DNA of 64,000 nucleotides from Octopus sinensis (lineage: Eukaryota), in NCBI RefSeq assembly GCF_006345805.1, contig NC_043000.1, forward strand, positions 34,286,001 through 34,350,000, read 5' to 3'. The notes beneath the pieces are model-generated. The model made no database searches. It was given only the letters and a program-made list of their open reading frames with translations, and was not told where the DNA came from. The position numbers and the translations under genes were made by a program. Positions within the stretch are counted from its first letter, which is position 1. Every line of letters starts with the position of its first letter. Of the stretch, positions 11,379 through 23,231 are shown piece by piece.

Positions 11379-11442
<64 letters not shown>

Positions 11443-11950
11443 TGATCAACAACAAATTCACTACTATCGATTATTATTTTTTAATATTCAACATCATCCC
11501 ATCTAACAGCCGTTTCTGCTTCCAAAAACGGCCGTTAGATTGGATGATGTTGAATATTTAAAAATAATAATCGATAGTAGTGAATTTGTTGTTGATCAAT
11601 AATTTCTCTATTTTCTGCTTAATTTAAATTTGATTCCTGATAAACTCTTGTTTATCTTTGTCGTTGCCTGTATCCAATGAGCATAATATTGCTTGCATTT
11701 GTATGCCCAGGGTTAACATAGGTAATTTATACCGGAAGTAAAAACGGATATTCTTATCCCTTAGACGGTTATTCCAACCGCTAACTCTACTAAACTTTAT
11801 ATATATGTATATAGATATCAGGGCAGTGTTTCCTATACTCGACATTGTGTATTGTTTTAGCAACAACATCATGTCATAGGGGTGATGGTGGGAGCAGTTC
11901 CTTGTTGGCGTTTAATGGACAGCTACCGATCCCAAGTATCTTCTCACGTG
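11160..11950 (-). pseudogene. Decayed RLE-type LINE fragment interrupted by a TA tract and a hairpin
   Basis: Minus strand reads HDVVAKTIHN..RKHCPDI (~11820-11880), SIPIRTSMKCKYNGPNIDI and SCSEDMNISK..EKKTIYRQLLQNL (~11160-11330). Confidence 0.6.
11440..11601. repeat. Near-perfect 162 bp palindrome
   Basis: tattgatcaacaacaaattcactactatcgattatt... / ...aataatcgatagtagtgaatttgttgttgatcaata, loop at ~11516-11525. Confidence 0.9.
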
Positions 11951-12329
11951 AAAGACAAAATATTTCATAAGGACTTCACTGTTTTATTCGTTCATTATGT
12001 ATTTAATATCTATATTTTTTTCTTGGATTGAAGAAGCATCTTCTCCAAAATGTGACATGCTGTGCTATCACGAGTACAAGAGAGGTGACGCATCATATTA
12101 ATGTTAAAACCAACCTCACCGTCATGGCAGACATGTACAGGGTGCATTCCAGAAGTTATAACTGTCCTTATTATTGTACTTTTACATCTAATAAACTGAC
12201 CAGCCAAATTTTGTTATTCCAGATTTAAAGAGACGCCTGTAGGACACCCAAATAAACACTGCTTGTCACAGCTGGTCAGTTTTCAGAATGTAGTCGAGAT
12301 GTGAAGACACTTTACAAGCTCACTATACA

Positions 12330-12911
12330 ATAAAGCCTTGTGCTTAAATGGGCAAAAGCAATAAAAAATCTTATGAAATGCTCCTGACTGGTCATAGATT
12401 AAACTCTATGTGCCGAGGCCAGGCAAAGCAACTTTACCAAAAAGCTTATGGTGATCCCTTTTTCGATGGCAAAGGCATCGTCTACATCCACAGGGTTCCC
12501 TCTGTACAGATGGTCACCAAAATACTTTGGAGAGATTTTGAGGAAGCTCAGGAAGAGATTTCGTCGCACAAAGCCAGAGAACCTGCACCAAGACAATGTA
12601 CCAGTCTCCTATTCCGTCCTGATAACGAATTACTTGACACAGTTGAGCATCAAAACTGTCCCTTACTTTCCCTCTAGTCTAGACCTTACACCTTATAACT
12701 TTTGGCTGTTCACAAGCTGAAGGATATGAGAGAGGCGGTCACAAGGGTTCTTGAGGACTTTCATGAGTCCTTCACGAAATGGCTGGAGTGCTGCAACAAG
12801 TGCAGGGAAGTCTGAAGATCCTATTTTGAAGGAGATTAGAGTTTTGTGCTTCTTTGAAATTAATAAATGTCTTTCCTAAAAAGTCTCAGAACTCCTGGAA
12901 CATACCTTGTA
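12330..12911 (+). mobile_element. Mariner (Tc1/mariner, DD34D-type) transposase remnant with right TIR
   Basis: FFDGKGIVYIHRVP, LHQDNVPV and KTVPYFPSSLDLTPYNFWLF (degenerate HPPYSPDLAPCDF). Ends ...gaactcctggaacataccttgTA. Confidence 0.8.
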
Positions 12912-12937
12912 CATGTACACACACACAGACACACACA

Positions 12938-13007
<70 letters not shown>

Positions 13008-13201
13008 AGTGGTTAGGGTGTTACACTCACGATTGCACGCTGGTTTCAATTCCTGGACCGGGTGGTGCGTTGTCCCTGCAGAACTGGTCACATTGATGCC
13101 ATTGATGTTTCCCTTAAATAGTTAAAAGTCAACGAGCACATGGGATATTCATGTGGGGAAGAGCCTTACTGAGGGCCAACGTTGTGGGAAGGAAAAACTG
13201 T

Positions 13202-13240
<39 letters not shown>

Positions 13241-13472
13241 AGGGAGCTGGGTCAGTCGGATAAAACATGGATAATGAGAGGAGAGAAGAGAATAAGTGTA
13301 GGGGACCTGAGGGGCGATAGCACGTGATCAGCCACTCCGACGAGTAGAGGTAATTAGAGAATAGAAAGAAAAAGAGAGTGTGTGAGGGAGAGAGAGAGAG
13401 AGAAAGAAAGAATGTGTGTGTCTGTGTGTATGTGTGTGTGTGCGCGCGTACTCGTGTGTATGTACGCATATG

Positions 13473-13780
13473 AAAGGCGCGTGGCTTAAGGGTTAGAGTA
13501 TTCGGCTCACGATCGTAAGGTCGTAAGTTCAATCCCCGGCGACGCGTTGTGTCCTTGAGCAAGACCCTTTATTTCTACTCCATTCAGTTGACAAAAATTC
13601 GTAGTATCTGTATTTCAAAGGGCCAGCCTTGTCACACTCCATGTCACGCTGAATCTGCCTGAGAACTACGTTAAGGACGCACGTGGCTGTAGAATGCTCA
13701 GCCACTTGCACGTTAATTTCGTGAGCAGGCTGTTACGTTGATTGGATCAACTGGAAGCCTCGTCATCGTATCCGACAGAA
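13473..13780 (+). mobile_element. tRNA-derived SINE family C
   Basis: Head ggcgcgtggctta..ggttag...gttcaatccc, motif tgtgtccttgagcaagac. Near-identical copy at 30557-30880. Confidence 0.85.
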
Positions 13781-14051
13781 AGTGAAAGTGAAAGAAAAGT
13801 GCAGGAGTCCATTGCTGGTTCTAATTTGAACCTTACAGAGGAATAAATAATCGCCAGCTTTTGAGACGTTGCCTAGTTATATTAAAAGATGTGTATTAGC
13901 CAGGAGAGGTCTTCGATCGATGGGGCCTAGTGCTTGAGGTGATTGTGAAGGTTTTAAGTACAAACCATTTGAAATGTGGGAGATTTGATAATGTTTCCAT
14001 GTATACAGTCATTATCCCTTTTTTGCTGCCGAAGGAAAATGAGCAAAACAC

Positions 14052-14288
14052 TATTTGTCTTTATTGCCCACAGGGGGCTAAACATAGAGGGGACAAACGA
14101 GGACAGACAAATGGATTAAGTCGATTATATCGACCCCAGTGCATAACTGGTACTTAACTTATCGACCCCGAAAGGATGAAAGGCAAAGTCGACCTCGGCG
14201 GAATTTGAACTCAGAGCGTAAAGACAGACGAAATACTGCTAAGCATTCATTTCGCCCGGCGTGGTAACGATTCTACCAGCTCGTCGTT
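14052..14288 (-). mobile_element. SINE family A, full length
   Basis: Reverse complement of head, core and gtttagcccc-type tail. Confidence 0.85.
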
Positions 14289-14863
14289 ATTGTGGAACAA
14301 TGTCTCCATTAAACCAACCCAATATTTTAAGGATAATTATTTCGTCCAGTCTGGAAAAAGGAACTGCAGCCTGGATTGTTTTTAAAATCAGAACTTAAAG
14401 GAACATCATCAATACCCTCAAAATATTGGCTGGGCACAATTCTAATTCTGTCAGTAACATCTCATTGCGTGTTGCCCGCGATGTTTCTCAATAGAATTTC
14501 TTTGAATAAATATTTTGAAGAAAGTAGATTTCTTCCAGTTTTTCGGTGACAACGATCGATCGACCAACCCGTCCAGCGAGGTGTCTGCCACCCTTTATCT
14601 TCTTCTTTAAGATATTAAACATGAACAAAGAAAAGAAAACTGGTTTTTATGGAATCTGAAACCGTACCGATTCGACCAAATTGTAACCCTTCGTAGTCTA
14701 TCAGATCTTTGGTGCTGCTTTTCTAAATAAATACCACACCCCGAAAGTGAAAACGATCCCTAAATTGTCGATAACCCAGAAGTATTAAAACATGTGCTTC
14801 TTTTCTCCCCCTCTCACTTTCGCTTTCTGTATTGTGTGAGTATGTGTGTGTATGCTTGTGTGT

Positions 14864-14914
<51 letters not shown>

Positions 14915-15599
14915 TGTCCACTAAACATAATATTCTGGGGTAGAGAAGGAATGAAATTGCTGTAAAGGGGGAAAATCTGTTTAAATCGTCAGAACTCTGA
15001 ACGATTCTAAGAGTTTTGATAAACTTTAGTCGTCGTCCGACAAAAGATTGTTTTGTTGTTGTTGTTGTTGTTGTTGTTGTTATTGTTGTTGTTGTTGTTC
15101 ATGTCTTCACTGAGAAACGATGCTGTATTTCTTCTATCTCTTCTTTATTTGCGACGATTTCAAAACCACAAAGCCCTTCTCTCAGCCCGCATTTCCATCC
15201 TCGGTACATCCGACATCACTGACTCCTAGTGGTCGATTGATCTGCTAGAAATAGCAAACAAATCTCATTCGATTTCAGACCCTTCGATCTAAGATAGACC
15301 ACTTTAGAAAATGTGTTGGCTTCCCAATGAAAGACTGGATGGGCACGACTGCACGACTGGAACAGGTCAGCACGACCACAATTGACCTAGGGCTATAAAA
15401 ACATCCCTCCTATGAACATCTCCTTCTTCATTCCTCATCATCATTATTAGAATGGCTAAGGGTACTAGAATTTACCCCAGTTGCACCAGTCTGGGATTTT
15501 TCAGTGTTTGAATGTGTAATACTGAGACCCAAATTTACGGCCACTGCACTGGCCTGACTGCCAAGTAATATGGTTATTATATCGACAAATGTATCTGAC

Positions 15600-15965
15600 C
15601 AGCCTCACCCTCCTCGGACCGGCTCACTTTCTCCATTTTGTGTATAATAATTTCTACACCGTAGCATCCTTACCTCGGAAGCCTTTATCAGTTTCATAGA
15701 TATTCTTTTTTCCATACCATCGTTCTGTGTGTCCGAACTCTCTATTGACATTGTTTTCCGTCGAATCCAAGCTATCGACATCGTCATCCCTTCCACTTCA
15801 CGCTGGTCCCCCATCTTAACTTCTGCCTTGTTACGAGGCAGCCTCACAACACCACTCTCCACAACTCCTATCTTCCGACCACACCACTTTCTCCTAATTG
15901 AATCGCCACTTCTGTGTTTCGAATATAACCAAAGCTTATTCGATCTTCAGATCATGGATCCCCTC
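15600..15965 (-). pseudogene. Decayed RTE-like LINE fragment (C-terminal RT region)
   Basis: GSMI, ESGVV..LP..K and ASEVRMLRC resemble the RTE motifs YLGS, K.SGVL and EMRMLRW. Confidence 0.5.
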
Positions 15966-16254
15966 AACCCACCCTAACCAGGAAACTGCTTACACCCAAA
16001 ATCTTATGTAATGCTTTGTCCCTTTATATCCGGTCGGTTGCCATCAGGATGATTGCTTTCCAGGCACCAGTGCACAATAATATCCTTGGCCATCCTGAAA
16101 CCAACGCCTTTCCATTCTTCCCTCTTGGCATTTCTCTGTAGTAAGACAACACCTTGGCTTCAAAGACCTTCCATTAGCTCTCTACGAACAATGACTCGAC
16201 TTAGACACTCGGTCCGCATTGTTCAAGAGGATTTTGGAAGCTGACATTATAGAG

Positions 16255-16750
16255 AAGTTGACAACAACCAGAATATGTTGAACAAGGTGAAAAGATGGAG
16301 TGTTTCAGTTTGTGAATCTGTTCAGAGCAAATCTCAAATCAGATCAGAAGCCGAAATACTTTGCGGAGATGGTGTTTTCTCCCTTTCTTTTGCTATTCTG
16401 AAGTCATCAGATGTTTTCTTTTCCTTTACACAGAGCTTCGTTTTCGTTTCTATAGCTTTCATTAACGAATACCTTAACTACTTCGGTGTTGTTACCGCGT
16501 ATTGCCCGATGGAATTTTGCAGGATTGTTTTGAAAGGCGGAGCTTTGAGAGAATCATTTTTCACAATGCCATCTCTTCTTACTTCGTTGTTGAAGACGAA
16601 TAGTTTTTGTTTTCACAATTCAAGTGTTTCTCTTTGTTGATTGTTTGTGTTGCATTTAATGTTCGTTCGGTGTCTTTTTAAATTCTTCTGGAAGGGTTTA
16701 TTTACTGTGTTGTGGATTATTTTCACTTGCCTCGTTAAGAAACATTTCTA
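16255..16750 (-). pseudogene. Decayed RLE-type LINE fragment (pre-RT region)
   Basis: ETLEL*KQKLFVFNNEVRR, FQNNPAKFHRAIRG and NRFTN*NTPSFHLVQ (degenerate NWKTPG.D.VQN). Confidence 0.5.
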
Positions 16751-17554
16751 GACATTTAACTTAACACTTTCAATTGTCGATTCGAATAGATGAAACTTTT
16801 ATGTAATGTTTATTTAACCCCCATCTCTTCCATTGTTGTGCGTATGCAAGCTCATAACACACCGTCGTGTAACAAGCTTACATCACTGAGGGTAGGAAGT
16901 GATATGACCTTTGATTCGTATTGTTCATCGCTCACAGACTCCTTTAACCTACGTTTGTCTCTCCGCTGGTGATGTAAACAAGAGTGTTTATATGCACCGA
17001 AAGTTCATAGAGAGTTTCTCTATGTGCAAACTATCACAGGCAGTATCCCCTGTTCTAACACAACATCCACTTTTAAGTAGGGATAAATATTACCATTTGG
17101 TAATATAGATATGTGTATGTGTATCTATGTATGTATATGTATGTGTGTATGTGTATATATAATGCGGGTTGTTAGCGTCGTTACCGCATCGGGAAAAATG
17201 CTTGGTGGCATTTCTTCTGATTTTACGCTGTACCGCCGGGCATTTATACACACACACACACACACACCACACACACACACACACACGCACACGCACACAC
17301 ACACCACACACACACACACACATATCCGATGCTAATTATCAACGTATTCCTCATTATTTACAGCATTAATAAATAAATTGTAAAACCCACTCACCCTGAT
17401 CCCCTGTTGTTTTCGTTTAATAAACGTTCCGCTGGCTGAATGTTGTGGCATTTAGAACTGGCAGCAAGTTTCGACTCCTTTCTTTCGTCTGTTGTCTTAT
17501 TTGTTTCATTGTCAGTGAATGGATATCATTTCTGTGCCCAGCACTGCTCTGGAG

Positions 17555-17755
17555 TATATTCTTGTCTACTCTAGGCACATGGCCCGAAATTTTTGGGGAG
17601 GTGGGGGGGGGGCAGTCGATTAGATCGACCCCAGTACGCAACTGGTACTTAATTTATCGACCCCGAACGTATGAAAGGCAAAGTCGACCTCGGCGGAATT
17701 TGAACTCAGAACGTAAAGACATACGAAATACCGCTAAACATTTCGCCCGACGTAC
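17555..17755 (-). mobile_element. SINE family A, 5'-truncated
   Basis: Core and B-box as reverse complement, with the ctaggcac..ggcc.gaaattttt tail. Confidence 0.85.
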
Positions 17756-18054
17756 TCTGGAGTATATTGAGAAGGCAAAGAGCTCTAAGTATTTGCGTCT
17801 CTCCGAATACATTTACCGTCAAATGAAATTGATCAAATATTTATGATATTTTGTGAGAAGATTTTTATGCCTGACTCTATCCTCCGTATATTCGAATAGG
17901 CCTTATTTTGCCTTCTTTCAGGCCAGGGACCAATATGGGGAATCGGTTTTTTATCATTGGCTCTAAAGCTGTGTCTTTAATTTCCCTTGAGAGAAACCGC
18001 AAACCTGTCACTTTCCTGCGTGTTTTCTGGTTAACATTCTTTTCTTCTATCTTC

Positions 18055-18430
18055 CTTGTTTCACTCATCAGACTATGGCCATGCTGGGGCATCATGTTGA
18101 AGAATTTTAGCGGAACGAATTGACCCCAGTACTTATTTTCATTTTAAGCCTGGTATTTATTCTATCGGTCTTTTTTGCCGAACCGCTGCTACGGGGACGT
18201 AAACACACAAACACTGGTTGTCAAGGGGTGGTGGGGAACAAACACAGACATAAATATATATATACACACACACACACACGCACGCACGACAGGTTTCTTC
18301 TAGTTTCCACTTACAAGGCTTTGGTCGGCCCGAGGCTATAGTGGAAGACACCTGCCCAATGTGCCACGCAGTAGGACTGAACCCGGAATCATGTGACTGG
18401 GAAGCAAACTTCTTATCACACAGCCACATC
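18055..18430 (-). mobile_element. tRNA-derived SINE family D
   Basis: Matches 29615-29997. Head reverse complement tggctgtgtgataag...ggttcagtcc. Confidence 0.8.
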
Positions 18431-19250
18431 TGGAAAATAAATGCCCTCCTATCGTGACACTCCATTCTTTATCTCAATTACATCATTTTATATATTTTAA
18501 GCAACATTTGGCTGCTATTTCTAGCAAGTCATATGACCGTTGGCAGGCACCCTCGTTGAGTCGTTTCTATAAAAGGGTTTTGAGGTTGGTCCCCTACAGT
18601 TGATAGGGGCAGCTGGCATTCAATTTGATAGTGTTTGTTGCTTTAAAAAGTAAGAATAAAGAATAACACCAACTGAATGGAAAAGAATATTGTTTTTGGC
18701 AAAAGGGAATCTCTACGTAATATTGATAGGACTGAGAAAAGTCGAGTGTTAGCGGAGTGAATGTGTTTACAATGGATTAATAATTAGTAAACAGATTTCG
18801 AAATAAACACGACCGAGATATCATTAGAGCGAGAGGTGGGAAAGTGCAGCCGGGAGTTTTATGGTAAATAAGTCAGGCTGTTTTGTTGGCTCAGAAGAAC
18901 TCCGTTTTTCTAACGAATTCACATGCATACAGGCATACATATGTATGCACATATCTGTACAAACATGCATACGTACGCATATACATTTCATTTACGTAGA
19001 GCTATACATGTACATAAATGTATATTTATCTATGTGTTTATGTGTGTATGTACATAAAGGCATACATAGACATACACTTTCAAACACACACGCGCGCGCG
19101 CTCACATATACACATATACACATATACACATATAGTGGCCGTCTACTCTGGAGTATAACCAATTTTTCCTAGCAGACGCATTTCTGTAATGGGTTTGACA
19201 TCTCCCCACCCCCTTGGGCCCTCAAATGAACTTCACTTGTTTTAGATTTA

Positions 19251-19434
19251 GGCGTGGTTGCGTAGTAAAATGTTTGTTTCTAGTTCATATGGTTCCGGGT
19301 TCAGTCCCACTTCGTAGTACCTTGGGAAAAGGTCTTCTACTGCAGCCTCGAACCGACCAAAGCCTTGTGAGTGGCTTGGTTGACGGAAACTGAAAGAACC
19401 CCGTCGTATGTGTGTATATATATATATATATGTG

Positions 19435-19487
<53 letters not shown>

Positions 19488-19690
19488 TTTGTGTCTGTAT
19501 TTGTCCCGCACCACTGCTTGAAAACCGGTGTTAGTGTTGTTACGTCCCCGTAACTTAGCTGTTCGGCAAAAGAGAGGCGGATAGAATAAGTGCCAGGCTC
19601 AAAGCAACAAGTTTCGGGGGTCGATTCGTTCGATTAGAAATTCTCAAAAGCAGTGCCCCAGCATGACCACAGTCTAATGACTGATATAAG
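19251..19690 (+). mobile_element. SINE family D with internal (TG)n
   Basis: ggttccgggttcagtcccact...accttggg...gacggaaactgaaagaa.cccgtcgtat...ccccagcatgaccacagtc. Confidence 0.8.
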
Positions 19691-20157
19691 TGTTGCGAGT
19701 AGGGAGTGGTGGAAGGTAAGGTTTGATAGGGAGTTTTAAGGGCGAGGAGTGGAAGGTACGTTGTCGGAAGGAAGGAGTTATTCAGGGAACAGATTAAAGA
19801 TTACAAAAGCTGAATGTGGCATTCATGTGCATCATAAACACTCATACATACATACATACATACATACATACATACATACATACATACATACATACATACA
19901 TACATACATACATGTGTATGTGTATGTGTTTACATACATACATACATATAATGTATAATATATGTTAGTCGCTAGAAAAGTGCTGTCACATGGCTAGGAG
20001 TTGATTTGACTCTTATTCCTAGCAATGCTGGTGCTCACTAAGTGCTCACTAAGAACGTCCGTCACTTTAGAGACAACTATGCTTGTAGCCTTTCGGTCGT
20101 AAATTGCGAATATCTATCTACATAAATCATATACATACATACATACATATATATATA

Positions 20158-20976
20158 TATAATTTTAATCCAAACGGGAAACAAAAAAACAACAACAATG
20201 GAACAATTACAGTATTATTATTAATAGGCGCTCAGGAAATGGAAGCAGGGAGGTATGACGTTTCGAGCGGAGCTCTTCGTCGGAAACATAAAGAAGGAAG
20301 AGAGAGGAAAGAAAGATCCCAGAGCGGGCAACAGGGAAAGAGAAAAAAGACGACTGGTGTTTACGAGTTGCACATGGTGAAAGGCGGATGTTTACGAAAA
20401 CAGAGCAAAGTGGGTTTTTAAAGGCAAAAGAGTGGAGACAAGGTTGGTAACGCAACAGATGTGTGTGTATGTGTGAGTGTGTGCGTGTGCGTGTGTGTAT
20501 GTGTGTGTGAGGTGAGGCGAGATGAAAAAAACAAAAAATATATGTGTGTTAGTGTGTGCGTCTGTGTGTAGGCGTGTGAGGTAGGGCGAGACTAGTGGTC
20601 AGCTAGCAGACAAGGTCAGTAGTAAGAAAAAGAAGGAAGGAGGAAGGGAGGAGGGGAAGGGGTGGGGGCGTCGTATGTAGCGTGCCAGCGTGTGTTGAGT
20701 AGTAGTGTGTGTGTGTGTCCAGTGTCGTGGTGGTATTAATGGCGAGAGTAGATTGAATGTGTGTAAGAGTAATGTATATATTTAAGCAATGTGTGTATAT
20801 GTGTGCGCGTGTGTGTAACGAAAAAGGGGGGGTTAAGGAAAAAGGACTCCAGCTGAGGGGAAGATGGAAGAGTGGTCCCGCGGAGACGGGCGTGGGAAAA
20901 ACCAACGACACGCGACGGTCCCAGGAACGGGCGGGAGGTCGTCGGGTCAGGTCCAAGAGCGAGGTGCATGCGGCGC
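20158..20976 (-). repeat. Downstream (3') pseudo-LTR of the PLE
   Basis: tataattttaatccaaacgggaaac...gtccaagagcgaggtgc.tgcggcgc, nearly identical to 26432-27257. Confidence 0.92.
20253..20287 (-). ncRNA. Minimal hammerhead-like motif in the 3' pLTR
   Basis: Minus strand GTTT-CCGACGA-A-GAGC-TCC-GCTC-GAAACGTC-ATAC. Palindromic ACGU stem III, GUC site, U4C variant core, one mismatch in stem I. Confidence 0.55.
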
Positions 20977-23205
20977 GTATGCGTGCGCGAACCGGCGCAA
21001 GCGCGTGCGTGCGCGCGCCTGCGAGTATGCGCGTAAGTATGTATGTGTGTGGATGTGTGAGTGTGTTGTGTGTGTGTGTCGGGTGGCAGTGTGTCCGATG
21101 AATGTATGTGAGTATGTGTGTATGTATGTGTGTGCATAGATGTATGTCCGTGTGTGTGTGTGTGTATGTGTGTGTGTGAGGTGTATGTATGTCGTGTGGG
21201 TGTGGGGAAGTGTGTGTATGTGCATGTGTGTGCGCGTACATACAGGTGTGTGAGTGAGTGTGTGTGTATGTATGTGTGAGTGTGTATGTATGTGTGTGTA
21301 GGATGCATGTATGTGTATGGGTGTATGTATGCGTGTGTGTATGTATGTATGTGTACGTGCGTGTGTGTGTGTGTATGCGTGTGTAGGGTGCGCGTGTGCA
21401 TGCATGCATGCATGTGCGTATGTGTGTGTGTGTGCATGTGTGTGGGTATATATGTATGTGCGTATATGTGTGTGTATGTGCGTACATGTGTGTGTGTGTG
21501 TATGCATGTGTGTGTATGTAGGTGTGTAGGCGTGTGTGTATAGGTGTATGTATGTAAGTATGTATGGGTGTGTCCGTGTATGTGTGTGTATGTATGTGTG
21601 TGTATGTAGGTGTGTGGGCGTGTGTATATGTGTGTGTATGTAGGTGTGTGGGCGTGTGTATATAGGTGTATGTGTGTATGTCTGGGTGTGTCCGTGCATG
21701 TTTGTGTGTGTGTGTGTGTATGCATGTGTATGTAGGTGTGTGTGTACGTGTGTAATGTATGTGTGTATGCGTGTGTATGCGTGCGTGTGTGTATGTAGGT
21801 GCGTGTGTATGTGTGTGGGAGTGTAGGTGGGTGTGTGCGTGTGCGTGTGCGTGTTTATGTTGGTGTGTGCGTATGTGAGTGTGAGTGTATGGGTGTTGTC
21901 ATGCATGTGTGTGCGCGTGCAGGTGAGTGTGTGTGTAAGTATGTGTGTGTGTATGTTTGTGTGAGTGTGTATGTGTGTATGTCTGTGTGTATGTATGTGC
22001 GTATAGGAGTATGTGGGTATGTGTGTGTGTATGTATATGGGTGTATGTATGTATGTGTGTGGTGCATGTGTATAAGTATGTGTGTGTGTGCGTATGTGTG
22101 TATATGGTATGTGTGTGTTTATGTATGTGTGTATGTATGTGTGTAGGCGTGTGTGTGTAGATGTATGTATGTATGGGTGTGTGTCCGTGTGTGTTGTGTG
22201 TGTGTGTAGGTAGATGTGTGTGTCTGAGTGAGGGTATGGCTGTGTAGGTGTGTGTGTGTATGAATGTAAGTGTGTGTGTATACAAGTGTAATGTATGTAT
22301 GTAGGTGTGTGTGTGTGTGTGTATGTGTACGTGTGCGTGTGTATGTGTGTGTGTGTATGCGTGTGAGTGTGAGTGTATGGGTGTATGTCTGTGTGTGTGT
22401 ATGTCTGAAGTAGGTATGTATGTGTATGTATGTATGTGTGTGTGTGTGTGCAGGTATGTGTGTGTATGTGTGTGTGTGAGTAGGTGTGCGTGTATGTATG
22501 TGGGTAGGGATGCATGCGAGTGTGTGGGTATGTATGCATACATACGCACGCGCACATCCGAAGCAAGCCCACACACACGAAGCGCGCTCACGCACACAAC
22601 GCACAAGCAGTACAACGCAAGCCCAAGGGGCCGACCAAGCCCCCAGCGCGCGCCAAGGCGCGCGAGCGCAAAGGCCCTCGAACGCCCCGCTACGCGGGAA
22701 CCGAGGATCCATCAGCCAAAACCGGAAAGCAGAAAAGAGGGGGGCTGCCTGGATGCAAAAAGGTGTGTATGTGTGTGTGCATTCAGTGTAAGGGTGTGCA
22801 TGTGTAGGTATGTATGTATGTATGTGCCTACATGTATGTTTGCATGTGTGTGTGTGAAGTATGTACGTGCGGTGTGGTGTGTGTGAGTGTGTGTGTATGT
22901 ATGTGCGTATGTATGTGTGTGTGTATGTGTGTATGTGTCTGTGTGTTGTGTGTGTGTGTAAGTATGTATGTGTGTGCGTATGTATGTATGTGTGTGTGTA
23001 TGTGCATGTTGGTTTGTATGTTAGTGTGGTGTATGTATGTCTGTAAGTGTGTGTGATTAAATGTGTGAATGTATGTACGTAGATGGGTCTACGTATGTGT
23101 GTGTGTGAACAGGCGTGTGGGAGGTAGGGGGTGGGTGGGTGTGGGAGGTAGGTGGGTGGGTGTGTGCGTGGGGAGGTGGTGGGTGGGTGTGTGTGGGTGG
23201 TGTGT
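20977..23205. repeat. ~2.2 kb degenerate TG/TATG-rich tract (CA-rich on the element strand) inside the PLE 3' region, with a GC-rich island at ~22545-22760
   Basis: Direct reading. All HT/CV ORFs here are artefacts. Confidence 0.9.
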
Positions 23206-23231
23206 CAAAAAAAAAAAAAAAAAAACGGATC

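Noticed and set aside
20603-23056. 300-540 aa His/Thr-rich ORFs as a possible second PLE protein
   Set aside because: All frames are open only because CA-rich repeats lack stops; no conserved motif.
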